DNA of 64,000 bases from the human T2T-CHM13v2.0 reference genome, Homo sapiens, in the NCBI RefSeq assembly GCF_009914755.1, contig NC_060947.1. One strand, written 5' to 3'. The first letter of the stretch is position 1, and the number at the start of each line of letters is the position of its first letter. Positions 1 to 16,691 of the stretch are shown piece by piece. Position numbers and translations under genes: made by a program. Below the pieces are notes generated by a model. The model had not been told where the DNA came from, did not search any database, and saw only the letters and a list, made by a program, of their open reading frames with translations.

Positions 1-1175
1 TGATGAATTTATGGTGCCCAAATGTGGGCTAGCTTCTGGAGGCTGCAGTCACAGGAATACCCCTCATTTCTGTAGGCTTTCCTGCAGAAGCTCCACCAGG
101 CTTTCATAGAGTGGATTTAGAAAAATCCTAAGAGTGCTCCCTTTGTGACTCTGCCAAGGGAAGGGAAGGAATTAGGAGGCAGGGTGAAAAAGAGTCTACC
201 CCTAAAGAAAAAAAAGAAACACGAATTACAAAAGTCACAGCTCTGAAACACAGCTTACTATGCATTCCAAAACTTGAGAATAAAACATAAAACCTAGAGA
301 ATGCCTTATATCCTTCTTTCCTATATGATCACTATACTAGTAATGCCTCCAATAATGGTTACAGTGGATTACAACTAAAAGAGCTAAAAGAAAAAATAAA
401 TAAATAAAACTTTCTGAGAAGCAGAATAGAGAAGCCCAAAATTCAAGAGGAGAGAAAAAAAACATGATTACTAGAGAAATATGAATCTTCCAGTGTCCAT
501 AGCTACAACAAACATCAAACATAACACAACTCTTGGCCAGATAACATGTATACCAAACATCTATTAACATATATGATATGTTCAGCATTCAACAAAAAGT
601 TCTAAGACATGCCCAAAAGGCAAGAAGCAAACAAATAAACAAACAACACACAGTCAGAAGACAAAGTATTAATGAGACACAGACTCACTTATGACATGAA
701 TGTTGGAATTGTCAGAGAGGAAATTTAAAAATGATTATGATTACCTTGTCAAAATCTCTAATGAAAAAGGTACAGGACAGGCAAAACCAGAAGGGTCACA
801 TAAGAGGAGAGATGCAAATTGTAAGAATAAAAAGAAAAGGTTATAAATTATTTTTAAAAAATATGGCAACAAAAATGAAGAATGCTCTCCATAGTTCATC
901 AGTATACCCAACACAACTAAATAAAAAGTCAGTAAATTTGAAGACAGGTAAATAGAAAATTTTCAAACTGAAATTGAATAAAAAAGTGACAAAAATAGAA
1001 CAGAACATTCAAGAACTGTGGGAAAATATCTGCAAAACTGTAATACTAGAAGAAAAAGGCAAAATGAAACAAAATAAAAATTTGAAGAAATAGTAGTTGA
1101 AAAATGTTAAATTAGTGACAGTCACCAATACATGGATCTAAGAAGCTTAGAGAACCCTAAGAAAAGATAACACAC

Positions 1176-1674
1176 TGTATTAGTCAGGATTCTCCCAAAA
1201 AATATAAACAATAGAACCAATAGGCTCTATTTTTGTCTCTCCATAGAGAGAGAGATACAGAAGTTTATTTTAAGAAGTTGGCTCACATGATTATGGTAGC
1301 AGGCAAATCCAAAAGCTGCAGGATGGATTGGCAGGTTGGAGACCCAAAGAAGAGCAAATAATGTAGTTCAAGTCTGAAGGCCATCAAAATAAAGTTTCAG
1401 GAAGGAACCAACATTGCAGTTCAAATCCAAAGGATATCTACTGGCAGAATTACTCTTTGCTTGGGGGAAGTCAGTACTTTTGTTCTATTCAGTTCTTAAC
1501 TGAGTGGATGAGACCCACCCAACTTACAGAGGGAAATCTCTTTTGCTCAAAGTTGACTAATTTATATGCTAATCTCATGGAAAACAATCTTCATAAAAAT
1601 ATCTGGAATAATGTGTGACCAAATATTTGGGCACAATGAGGTATCCAAATTGACACTTAAAATTAATTATCACA
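1176..1674 (-). mobile_element. MLT2-family (ERV-L) solo LTR, MLT2B/D-like
   Basis: Starts tgtattagtcaggattctc and ends aaattgacacttaaaattaattatcaca, the reverse complement of MLT2 termini. Internal gaagttggctcacatgattatgg is typical of MLT2. Confidence 0.8.
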
Positions 1675-2374
1675 CATAACAAAACATAGATAAGAATTGC
1701 TGAAGACGTCTTATCAGATATTATGTCAACAGGAAAATAATGGCATACAATATTTAAAATTTTAAAAGAAAAATTCTGCCAATCAAAAATTCTATACTCA
1801 GCAAAACATGTACTTTAAGATTGAAAAAAAATCCTTTCTCAAAAAAAAAATTATTACTAGTAGACTAGCCCTACAAAAATTGTTAAAGGAAGTTCTTCAC
1901 AGAAAGAAACTTATATAGGTCAGAAAAATTGAGAATATACAAAAAAAAGAAGAGTGGAGCACAACAAATAAATAAAGGTAAAATATCTTTTATGTTTTTC
2001 TTAATTTCCCAAAAGATAATTGACACTTTAAAACAATAATAATAACAATGTATGAAGTATTTATAGCATATGTTTAAATAAAATGAATGATGACTGTGTC
2101 AGAAGAGATGAGAGAGGAATTAAGAATATCATAAATTACCTGCACTATATCTGAATGAAATAGTATTATTTAAAGAGGAACTTAGATTGTTTAAAAATGT
2201 ATATAGTAAACCCTCAGGCAACCACTAAAATGATGAAAAGGAATTATAAATGATATGTCAGTATGGAAGACAAATGGCATCATAATAAATGTTCAATAAA
2301 TAGCAGAGAGAGCCACAGAAGGAAACATTTAAAAGAAAGAGCAAATGCAATTAATACAAAGCATAAAGATAATA

Positions 2375-2679
<305 letters not shown>

Positions 2680-2771
2680 GAAACAGATAGTATATATAGT
2701 TTCTTCCAAATATATTTGGAATCACTTTATACCTGAATAGTCTAAATACACCAGTCAAAATCAGAAATTGG

Positions 2772-3115
2772 TTTTCTGTTCCTGTGTTAATTCACTTAGG
2801 ATTATGGCCTTCAGTTCTATCCATGTTGTTGCAAAGGACATGCTTTTATTTTTTTTTCTATAGCTGTGTAGTATTTCATGGTGTATGTGTAACACATTTT
2901 CTCAATTATAAATAGTAGCTAAATATTGAGCACACAAGGACTCAAACAAGGGAACAACAGACACTGTGGACTACTAGACGGGGAGGTGGAAAGAAGGAGC
3001 TGGGTTGAAAAACTACCTATTGGGTAATATGTCAGTACCTGGGTGCAATATAACCATGTAAAAAATCTGCACATGTACGCCCTGTATCTAAAAAAAAAGT
3101 TGAATTTAAAAAAAA
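2772..3115 (+). mobile_element. Short 5'-inverted L1 3' end (L1PA15-17-like), twin-priming structure
   Basis: 2772-~2902 is antisense L1 3' sequence. ~2899-3115 is sense 3'UTR with an A-tail. Flanked by agaaattgg at 2763-2771 and 3116-3124. Confidence 0.85.
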
Positions 3116-3124
3116 AGAAATTGG

Positions 3125-3517
3125 GAAGTATGATCAACTGATAAACACCAATGTAGGGAAATATGTAGACTTAAGAACACTCTTACACAATACTTATTAG
3201 AGTTTTAATTGGTATGATCACTTTTGGGAGCCATTTGGTAATATCTCGTGAGATTAAAAATGTGCATATTTCATGACCAGACAATTCCAACCCTCAATGT
3301 CTATATCAGATATGTTCTATTTTATATATGCCAGGAAACATATGAAAAAAAGTATTTACTTTAGCGCTTGTTTATATCAGCAAATAAAGTGTAAATAAAT
3401 TAACTTTCTGCCAATAGGAAAATCGGTGACTTAGAGATAGCTTATTTTTATAAGAAAATAGTATATAATATTAGAAATGAATTCAGTTGATTTACTTGTA
3501 TCAAGAGGGATAAATAT
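3125..3517 (+). mobile_element. Ancient L1ME-like 3' fragment (host of the L1PA3; continues ~9591-9720)
   Basis: Decayed L1 3' motifs (ttggtatgatcacttttgggagccatttggtaatatc; gaccagacaattccaaccctc) that resume after the L1PA3 TSD. Confidence 0.55.
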
Positions 3518-3532
3518 AGAAAAGATAATGTT

Positions 3533-4437
3533 GAGGAGGAGCCAAGATGGCTAACAGGAACAGCTCCGGTCTACAGCTCCCAGTGAGAGCGACGCAGAAG
3601 ACGGGTGATTTCTACATTTCCATCTGAAGTACCGGGTTCATCTCACCATGGAGTGCCAGACAGTGGGCGCAGGTCAGTGGGTGCGTGCACCGTGCATGAG
3701 CCAAAGCGGGGCAAGGCATTGCCTCACTCGGGAAGTGCAAGGGGTCAGGGAGTTCCCTTTCCTAGTCAAAGAAAGGGATGTCAGACGGCACCTGGAAAAT
3801 CGGGTCACTCCCACCTGAATACTGCACTTTTCTGACGGGCTTAAAAAACGGTGCACCAGGAGATTATATCCCACACCTGGCTCAGAGGGTCCTACGCCCA
3901 CAGAGTCTTGCTGATTGCTAGCACAGCAGTCTGAGATCAAACTGCAAGGTGGCAGCAAGGCTGGGGGAGGGGCGCCCACCATTGCCCAGGCTTGCTTAGG
4001 TAAACAAAGCAGAGGGGAAGCTCGAACTGGGTGGAGCCCACCACAGCTCAAGGAGGCCTGCCTGCCTCTGTAGGCTCCACCTCTGGGGGCAGGGCACAGA
4101 CAAACAAAAAGACAGCAGTAACCTCTGCAGACTTAAATGTCCCTGTCTGACAGCTTTGAAGAGAGCAGTGGTTCTTCCAGCACGCAGCTGGAGATCTGAG
4201 AACAGGCAGACTGCCTCCTCAAGTGGGTCCCTGACCTCTGACCCCCAAGCAGCCTAACTGGAAGGCACCCCCAAGCAGGGGCAGACTGACACCTCACAGG
4301 GCCGGGTACTCCAACAGACCTGCAGCTGAGGGTCCTGTCTGTTAGAAGGAAAACTAACAAACAGAAAGGACATCCACACCAAAAACCCATCTGTACATCA
4401 CCATCATCAAAGACCAAAAGTAGATAAAGCCACAAAG
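3533..4437 (+). promoter_or_regulatory. L1 5'UTR internal sense promoter with YY1-type motif, plus antisense promoter region
   Basis: caagatggc at 3543-3551. GC-rich UTR colinear with the L1PA 5'UTR, with many CpGs decayed to TpG/CpA. Activity is inferred from family knowledge only. Confidence 0.7.
3674..3982 (-). CDS. ORF0: L1 antisense ORF0, open, 102 aa
   Basis: MVGAPPPALLPPCSLISDCCASNQQDSVGVGPSEPG... matches the ORF0 N-terminus. ATG at 3982 within ORF-track entry 3674..4051. Expression unknown. Confidence 0.65.
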   Translation of the reverse strand: MVGAPPPALLPPCSLISDCCASNQQDSVGVGPSEPGVGYNLLVHRFLSPSEKCSIQVGVTRFSRCRLTSLSLTRKGNSLTPCTSRVRQCLAPLWLMHGARTH

Positions 4438-5451
4438 ATGGGGAAAAAACAGAGCAGAAAAACTGGAAACTCTAAAAAGCAGAGCACCTATCCTCCAAAG
4501 GAACGCAGTTCCTCACCAGCAACAGAACAAAGCTGGACAGAGAATGACTTTGACGAGCTGAGAGAAGAAGGCTTCAGACGATCAAATTACTCCGAGCTAT
4601 GGGATGACATTCAAACCAAAGACAAAGAAGTTGAAAACTTTGAAAAAAATTTAGAAGAATGTATAACTAGAATAACCAATACAGAGAAGTGCTTAAAGGA
4701 GCTGATGGAGCTGAAAACCAAGGCTCGAGAACTACGTGAAGAATGCAGAAGCCTCAGGAGCCGATGTGATCAACTGGAAGAAAGGGTATCAGCGATGGAA
4801 GATGAAATGAATGAAATGAAGTGAGAAGGGAAGTTTAGAGAAAAAAGAATAAAAAGAAACGAGCAAAGCCTCCAAGAAATATGGGACTATGTGAAAAGAC
4901 CAAATCTACGTCTGATTGGTGTGCCTGAAAGTGACGGGGAGAATGGAACCAAGTTGGAAAACATTCTGCAGGATATTATCCAGGAGAACTTCCCCAATCT
5001 AGCAAGGCAGGCCAACATTCAGATTCAGGAGATACAGAGAACGCCACAAAGATACTCCTCGAGAAGAGCAACTCCAAGACACATAATTGTCAGATTCACC
5101 AAAGTTGAAATGAAGGAAAAAATGTTAAGGGCAGCCAGAGAGAAAGGTCAGGTTACCCTCAAAGGGAAGCACATCAGACTAACAGAAGATCTCTCAGCAG
5201 AAACTCTACAAGCCAGAAGAGACTGGGAGCCAATATTCAACATTCTTAAAGAAAAGAATTTTCAAGCCAGAATTTCATATCCAGCCAAACTAAGCTTCAT
5301 AAGTGAAGGAGAAATAAAATACTTTATAGACAAGCAAATGCTGAGAGATTTTGTCACCACGAGGCCTGCCCTAAAAGAGCTCCTGAAGGAAGTGCTAAAC
5401 ATGGAAAGGAACAACTGGTACCAGCCACTGCAAAATCATGCCAAAATGTAA
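4438..5451 (+). pseudogene. ORF1: L1 ORF1p (RNA-binding chaperone), disrupted by one nonsense codon
   Basis: MGKKQSRKTG...LQNHAKM in a single frame, with CGA>TGA at 4822-4824 and a one-codon deletion near 4490. Confidence 0.95.
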
Positions 5452-5514
5452 AGACCATCGAGACTAGGAAGAAACTGCATCAACTAACAAGCAAAATAAC
5501 CAGCTAATATCATA

Positions 5515-9342
<3,828 letters not shown>

Positions 9343-9719
9343 ACAATGAGAACACATGGACACAGGAAGGGGAACATCACATTCTGGGGACTGTTGTGGG
9401 GTGGGGGGAGGGGGGAGGGATAGCATTGGGAGACATACCTAATGCTAGATGACGAGTTAGTGGGTGCAGCGCACCAGCATGGCCCATGTATACATATGTA
9501 ACTAACCTGCACATTGTGCACATGTACCCTAAAACTTAAAGTATAATAATAATAAATAAATAAAAAGAAAAAAAAAGAAAAGATAATGTTAAGTAAAAAT
9601 CAAACCTTCAAAAGGGTACTTAGAGTAGGAAGCAACATATATAAATTAAAACACACAAATTTATAGAATATTTGTTTATGGGGACATACATATGTAGTAA
9701 AGACAAAATGCACATTTGT

Positions 9720-12040
9720 TAGTTCAATGGCATAAAAAATCATAAATTGTAGATTAGATTAAGAAACAAAAAACAGTATCAAGAAAACAAAACAAAAATA
9801 TGATACCTAATTATATGCTGTGTAGAGCAAACCCAATTTAAATATAAAGACTTTTAGAAGTGAAATAAAATGATGAAGAAAGATATATCATGCAAACACA
9901 AAGCATAAAAAGAAGCTGAATTACCTCTATTAATTTCAGAGAAAGCAATCTTCAGAACAAAAAAGAGTATCAGGAGTAAAAGAAACATTAAATAATGAAA
10001 GAAGGATCAATTCTCAAAGCAGACATAATCATAAAAGGGTGTGTACCTAACAAAACAGCATCAAAATATATGCAAAAATTTATAGAACTGAAAGGAGAAA
10101 TAGACAAATATCCTATTATAGTTGCATAGTTTGACACTCCCTTGTCAGTAAATGATAAATAGAGCAGGCAGAAAATGATAAGGCTAAAGATAAACTGAAC
10201 AACACTATCAACAAATTGGCATTATAGAATATTCTGTACAGCATCATAAGAATACACGTTCTTCTCATGTGCAGATGGAACACTCATCAGGATGGAACAC
10301 TCATGAAGATACATCACAGTATAGGCCATAAAATAAACATTTGCAGGTTGAAAATGCTAGAAATTATGTAAAGTACGTTCTCAGAGGGTAACAGATTTAC
10401 TGTAGAAATCAGTAACTGAAATGTGGCCATAAAACCTGAACTATTTATAAAATAGAGAATATAGCTCTAAATAACACTTACGGTTAAAAAAATACCAACA
10501 TATCTTATGAACATAGAGTATATACAAAAATCCTTTAAAGTATTAGCAAATCAAAAATGGTAAGATATAAAAAGAGTAATTCACCACAACTGATTCATTA
10601 TAGGAATGCAAGTATGGTTTTACATTCATAAATCAATCAATGTAATTTATCTTGTTAGCAGGCTAAATATGAGAAATCATATCAATAGATACATTAAATG
10701 CATTTTACAAAATTTAATATCCATTTACGATTAAAAACTCAAAAGTCAGGAATAGAAGGTGTGTTAGCCCAGTCTTGCATTGTTATGAAGAAATGACCAA
10801 AACTGGATAAATTGTAAAGAAAATAAACCTAATTGGCTAACAGTTCTGCAGGTTGTGCAGAAAGTATGGTGATGGCATCTGCTGGACTTCTGATGAGGCC
10901 TCTGGGAGCCTTTATTCATGGTGGAAGGCAAAGTGGGAACTGGCACATCACATGGCTTGAGCTAGAGCAAGAGAGAGAATGGGAAATCCTACAGAGTTTT
11001 AAATAACCAGATCTTGTGTGAACCCACTCATCACTAAGGGGATGGTGCTAAGTCATTCATGAGGGATACACATTTTCATGATCTAAACACTTTCCACGTG
11101 CCCCATCTCCAACAATGGGGATTACATTTCAATGTGAGATTGGATGGGGAAACAGATCCAAATCATCTCAGAGGGAAACATCCTTTATCTAATAAGGCAG
11201 ATAGGAAAACTTACAAAGAACATCGTATTGATGACAGACCGAACAAAATGAATATAGTAGTATTGCATTATAGCTAAAATTATAAAATAAATATTTACAA
11301 GTCCATACAGATATTAAAAATGAATTAATAAATAGACAAATAAGGGAGAATAGAAAAATCTCCTCTGCAGAAGAATTACAAATAATTTGTTAAGATACAT
11401 TCACCTTAAGGAAGCAGAGCTCATCTCCCAGTTTCTTAGATGTGGTCTTTATATTGTGACTTTCTTCCAAAAAATACACATTACAAAGGAATAAAAAAAG
11501 GAACTACAGTGTAGCAACTTGACAAACTACCATAGCCAAGTGATTAATATCAACATTAAAAAGTCATATTGATAGCATATATTCTTGATATGCTATGACA
11601 AGAAAGGCATTTAATCTCTGTGATCTTGCAACCAAATATCAATTATCCCAGCCTAATGAGAAAAACATCAAAGAAATTACAATGTAGGAACATTCTACAA
11701 AATAACCTGAACTCCTCAAAACTGTCAAAAGTCATCAGAACAGAAATGGAAAATCTGAGAAACCATCATAGCTACGTGGAGCCAAAGGAGACATGACTAC
11801 TAAATATAGTGTGGTATTATGTTTGGGAATCTAAGATAGGAAAAGGACATGCAGTAAAAACTATGAAAATGTGCATAAATGTGGACTTTAGTTAATAAGA
11901 TATCAATACTAGTTTGTTAATTATAACAAATCTATTTTTCTAAGATACTAGTTATAGGAGAAACTGGATGCAGAGTATATGGAAAACATATGATTTTATT
12001 TTTATTTAAAACTGCTCTAAATTATCAAGTTTATAAAAAT
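9720..12040 (+). mobile_element. Old L1 (L1MC3-like) ORF2 fragments and 3'UTR
   Basis: EN-region remnants (tatatgctgt...aatataaagac) and an L1MC3-type 3'UTR (gtgactttcttccaaa...aagtcatattgatagcatat...tgagaaaaacatca). Probably the continuation of the element at 1-2762. Confidence 0.7.
10760..11170 (-). mobile_element. MaLR solo LTR (MSTA/MSTB-like)
   Basis: tgtgttagcccagtcttgcattg...cagatccaaatcatctca; 5-bp TSD gaagg/gaggg. Confidence 0.85.
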
Positions 12041-12424
12041 ATTTATTCTACTACTTCTTCCTTAAAAATTCTAATTAAGTATGAGATAGGCTTAAACTCT
12101 TCAAATGAAGACACATAGAATATCTGATGATATTAGGAAAACCAAAGTAATGGAGCTTCACAGAAATTTAATTTCATCAAAGTTAGCAATGTTAATGATC
12201 AGCCACTCTGGACTAAATTCTGATTCTTTTTTGTACCCTTACAATATTTAATTTGCTAGCTTTAAAAGATTTTAACTATGATGTTTCAAACAATTGTTTT
12301 AGGAGATATCTGAACATTAACTTGAGCATTGGAAGCTTTTATTATGGTAAAGAGAATTGGTGGAAATAATGGTTAATGATGTTGAAAATACTTTTGTGTG
12401 TTTATAATACTATCTAGAGAGCCA

Positions 12425-12875
12425 CTTTGGAGAAATGTATATTCAGATTATTAACCCATTTTATGATTGGGTTATTTAATTATTTAATATTGTGCTATTA
12501 GTACTTTATAGGCTCTAGATACAAGTTTTGTTGTTGCTGTTGTTGGATATGTGGTTTGCAAATATTTCCTCCCAGTCTGTTCCTTGTCTTTTCTTCTTCA
12601 CATGGACCTTCAAAGAGCAAATGTTTTTAGTTTCAATTTTAATTATGTCCAATGTAGCAAAGTTTTATGGATTTGGATTTTGTTATAAAATCTAAGAACA
12701 CTTTGACTAGCCATAGGACCCAAGGATATTCTACCATGATTTTAATAAATGTTTTCAGGTGTGTGCTTTACATTTAGGTCCATGATCTATTTTGAATGGA
12801 TTTTTACATGAGGGGTAAGGTTTAGGTCAAGGTTTGTATTTTTTCCCCATGGAAGTTTAGCTCCTCTAGTGCCAA
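12425..12875 (-). mobile_element. Old L1M ORF2 3' fragment
   Basis: Antisense L1 motifs (gtggtttgcaaatatttcctcccagtctg; tacatttaggtccatgatctattttg). Confidence 0.7.
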
Positions 12876-12879
12876 TAAA

Positions 12880-14095
12880 AATAAAATTAATACAAAATGC
12901 ATTATATACAAAAACTGGCTCATGATGTTTCATAGACCTAAATATAAAACTGCAAACTAGACAAATTCAAGGTGAAAATGTAAGAGAAAATGTTTTCCTC
13001 TTGGAGTTACAAAAATATATATATTACATATTTTACAAAAAGCATATTCACAGAAGAATAAACCTAGATAAATTGAACAGTATCCAAACTAAAAACTTCT
13101 GCTCTTTCAAATACACTGTTAATAATGGAAAGAAAATTCACACTTTTTCTGGGAGAAAATATTTTCAGATCATATATCTGACAAGGGACATATAACCAGA
13201 ATGTATAAAGGACATTCAAATCTCAACATTGTGTAAACAACAATTTTTCAAAAAAGAACAATACATATCAATGGACATTTGAATAAATTAAATATTCATA
13301 TGGCAAACGAGAATGTGAAAAATTAACCCCATTAGTTATCAGGGAATTGCCAGAGGAAAAACATGAGATTTCTCCAAACATGCATTAGAATGGCAAAAAC
13401 ATTTTTTTCAATGACATACCAAGCATTGATGAAGATATAGAACAACTGGATCTCTCACATACTGTTGGTCGGAAAGCAAGATTATATTGCTACTTGAGAA
13501 AACTGTTTAGTAGTTACTTAGAACATTAATCATACACTTAACATGTTACCTTGTAATCTTACTGCTAGGTGATTTCCCAAGTGAAATAAGATTTTCAGTT
13601 CACACACGAAAAACAAACTGTACAATAATTTTTACAACTGCTATATTCATAATTGCCAGAAAACAGAAACAACATAATTCCCCTTAATGGGTTAATGAAT
13701 AAGCAGACAACAGTACATCGATCTATACAACAGAATACTACTCGGCAATTAAGGAATCAACTATGAATACACTCAACAACCAACAACATGGATGAATCTC
13801 GAATGTATTCTGTAAAGCAAAAACATACATTAAAAGTGTGTATTATACGTAATTTCATTAATATGACATTCTTAAATAGATGAAACAATAGGAAGAGAAA
13901 ACTGATGGGTGGTTGTCAGGTACTGGGGGTAAGAATTGATTACAAAGAGCATAATAAAATGTTTTAGGGTAATGGAACAAATCTATATCTTGACTTTTCT
14001 GATAGTTATATGGTTGGATATATTTGTCAGCAATCATAGAACTCTATAGGGAAGAGGGTACATTTTACTGTTTGTAAATTATAATGCCTCTCCAA
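12880..14095 (+). mobile_element. Old L1MD/ME-like 3' fragment
   Basis: Sense motifs actaaaaacttctgctcttt, atatatctgacaaggg, caacatggatgaatctc, ttttactgtttgtaaattata. Confidence 0.7.
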
Positions 14096-14212
14096 CCCAC
14101 ACACACCCTAAAAATACAACATGAAAGAAAACTCAAAACTTTACCTAATAATCAGGCCAAGCTAGAGAAGAAACAGATCCTTCATATATTATTTTCCAAT
14201 ACCATTAATTAA

Positions 14213-15390
14213 GTTTTTTTCATTATTATTTTCTAAAATGTTTGTGGGTACACAGTACATGTATATATTTATAGGGTATGTGATATATTTTGATAAAGAC
14301 ATGCAATGTGAAATAAGTATATCATGAAGAATGGGGTAACTATCCTCTCAAACATTTATGAGTTATAGACAATCTAATTACATTCTTTAAGTTATTCTAA
14401 AATATACAATTTTTATTGACTGTAGTCATGCTACTATGCTATCAAATAGTGGGTCTTATTTATTCTATTTTTTTTTGTACTCATTAATCATCCTCATGTT
14501 TTCCTCAAACCCCTGCAACTCTTCCCAGTCTCCAGTAACTATCTTCCTGCTTTCTATGACCGTAATCTCAATGTTATTTATGTTTAGATCCCATAAATAA
14601 GTGGGAACATGCAATGTTTGTCTTTCTGTACCTGGCTTATTTCACTTAACATAATGATCTCCAGTTCCATTCATGTTGTTGCAAATGACTGAATTTCATT
14701 CTTTTTTATGGCTGAATAGTACTCCATTGTGTATATACACCACATATTTTATTCATTAATCTACTGATGAACACGTAGGTTGCTTCCAAGTCTTAGCTAT
14801 TGTAGACAGTGCTGCAACAAACATAGGATTGTGGATGTCTCTATTATATATTGATCTCCAGTTTTGGGGTATATACTAAGCAGCATGATTATTAGATCAT
14901 AAGATAGCTCAATTTTTAGTTTTCTGAGAAACATAGGAGTGCAGATATTTCTTTGATATAATGATTTTCTTTCTCTTGGTACATACCCAGCAATGAGATT
15001 GCTGGATCATATAGTAGCACAGATTGTTCCCAATGTTTTCTTATGATAATTTCACGGTTCAGTCTTAAATGTAAGTCTTTAATTCATTGTGATTCAATTT
15101 TTGTATATGGTGAGAAATAGGGGTCTAGTATCATTCTTCTGCATATGAATATCCAATTTTTCCAGAACTATTTATTGAGGAGAATTCTGTTTCCCCAGTG
15201 TATGTTTTTGGCACCTTTACCAAAAATGAGTTTGCTGTAGGTGTGTGGACTTGTTTTGGGGTTCTCTATTCTGTTCCATTGTTCTATGTGTTTTTCATGC
15301 CAGTACCATGCTGTTTTGGTTAATATAGATCTGTGGTATAATTTGAAGTGAGATAATATGATTCCTCCAGTTTCGTTCTTTTTACCTAGG
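14213..15390 (-). mobile_element. L1MA2/3-like 3' end
   Basis: T-tail then tttgtgggtacacagtacatgtatatatttatagggta..., and ORF2 C-terminal remnant GGIILSHFKLY...KTAWYWH (ORF 15168..15413). Confidence 0.8.
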
Positions 15391-15490
15391 TATGGTGTTT
15401 GGTGTTGCTGCAATTTGTTATTGTTGCTTTTGTTGCAGCTGCTGCTGTTTATGTCTTTGTGACTTTCCTAAATTAATTCATTAAGATCTG

Positions 15491-16686
15491 TGCTATGGTT
15501 TGAAAGTTTGTGTCCCTCCTACTCCCCACCAAATGCATGTGTTGTAATCTAATCACCAATGCAACAATGTTAGGAGATGGGATCTTTGAAATATTAGGTC
15601 ATAATTAGGTCATGAAGGTGGAGTGCTCATGAATAAAATTAGTGATATTATGAAGGAGATCCCAGCAAGCTTTTTGGCCCTTTCTATCATGAGAGGACAC
15701 AGAAAGAAGTTGCCATCTATGAAGAAAAATGGTCCCTCGTTAGACACTAAATCTGTTTGTACTGTGATTTGGACTTCCCAGCCTCCAGAACTGTGAAAAA
15801 GACATTTCTGTTTTTTAAAAACCACCCAGACTGAAGTATTTTTTTTAAATTATACTTTAAGTTCTGGGGTACATGTGCAGAAAGTGCAGTTTTGTTACAT
15901 AGGTATACATGTGCCATGGTGGTTTGCTGCATCCATCAACCCGACATCTACATTAGGTATTTCACCTAATGCTATCCCTCTCCTAGCCCCCCAGCTCCCA
16001 AAAGGCCCTAGTGTGTGATGTTCCTTTCCCTGTGTCCATGTGTTCTCATTATTCAACTCCCACTTATGAGTGAGAACATGCGGTGTTTGGTTTTCTGTTC
16101 CTGTGCTAGTTGCTGAGAATGATGGTTTCCAGCTTCATCCATGTCCCTGCAAAGGACATGCACTCATCCTTTTTTTTATTGGCTGCATAGTGTTCCATGG
16201 TATATATATGCCATATTTTCTTAATCCAGTCTATCATTGATGGGCATTTGGATTGCTTGCAAGTCTTTGCTATTGTGAATAGTGCTGCAGTAAACATACG
16301 TGTGCATGTGTCTTTATAGTAGAATGATTTATAATCTTTTGGGTATATACCCAGTAATGGGATTGCTGGGTCAAATGGTATTTCTAGTTCTAGATCCTTG
16401 AGGAATCACCACACTGTCTTCCACAATGGTTGGACTAATTTACACTCCCACCAACAGTGTAAAAGCTTTCCTATTTCTCCACATCCTCTCCAGCATCTGT
16501 TGTTTTCTTGACTTTTTAATGATCGCCATTCTAACTGGCGTGAGATGGTATCTCATTATGGTTTTGATTTGCATTTCTTTAATGACCAGTGATGATGAGC
16601 TTTTTTTCATATATTTGTTGGCTGCATAAATGTCTTCTTTTGAGAAGTGTCTGTTCATATCCTTCGTGTGCAAATGGTTGAAGACA
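15491..16686 (+). mobile_element. MaLR solo LTR (MLT1A/MSTD-like), split near its 3' end by an L1PA insertion
   Basis: Starts tgctatggtttgaaagtttgtgtccc. Terminal aaatggttgaagaca lies after the L1. Perfect TSD atctg at 15486-15490 and 16687-16691. Confidence 0.8.
15839..16666 (-). mobile_element. 5'-truncated L1PA7-like 3' fragment
   Basis: ttatactttaagttctgggg...gtgccatggtggtttgctgc...tctacattaggtattt; ORF2 C-terminal peptides in ORFs 16106..16297 and 16440..16706. Confidence 0.9.
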
Positions 16687-16691
16687 ATCTG

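Noticed and set aside
9396-9420. G-quadruplex-forming tract
   Set aside because: It is real but a standard part of every young L1 3'UTR, so not locus-specific.
12425-14095. Opposed L1 fragments as another twin-priming inversion
   Set aside because: The two pieces cover overlapping consensus intervals and no TSD is visible; they are more likely independent insertions.
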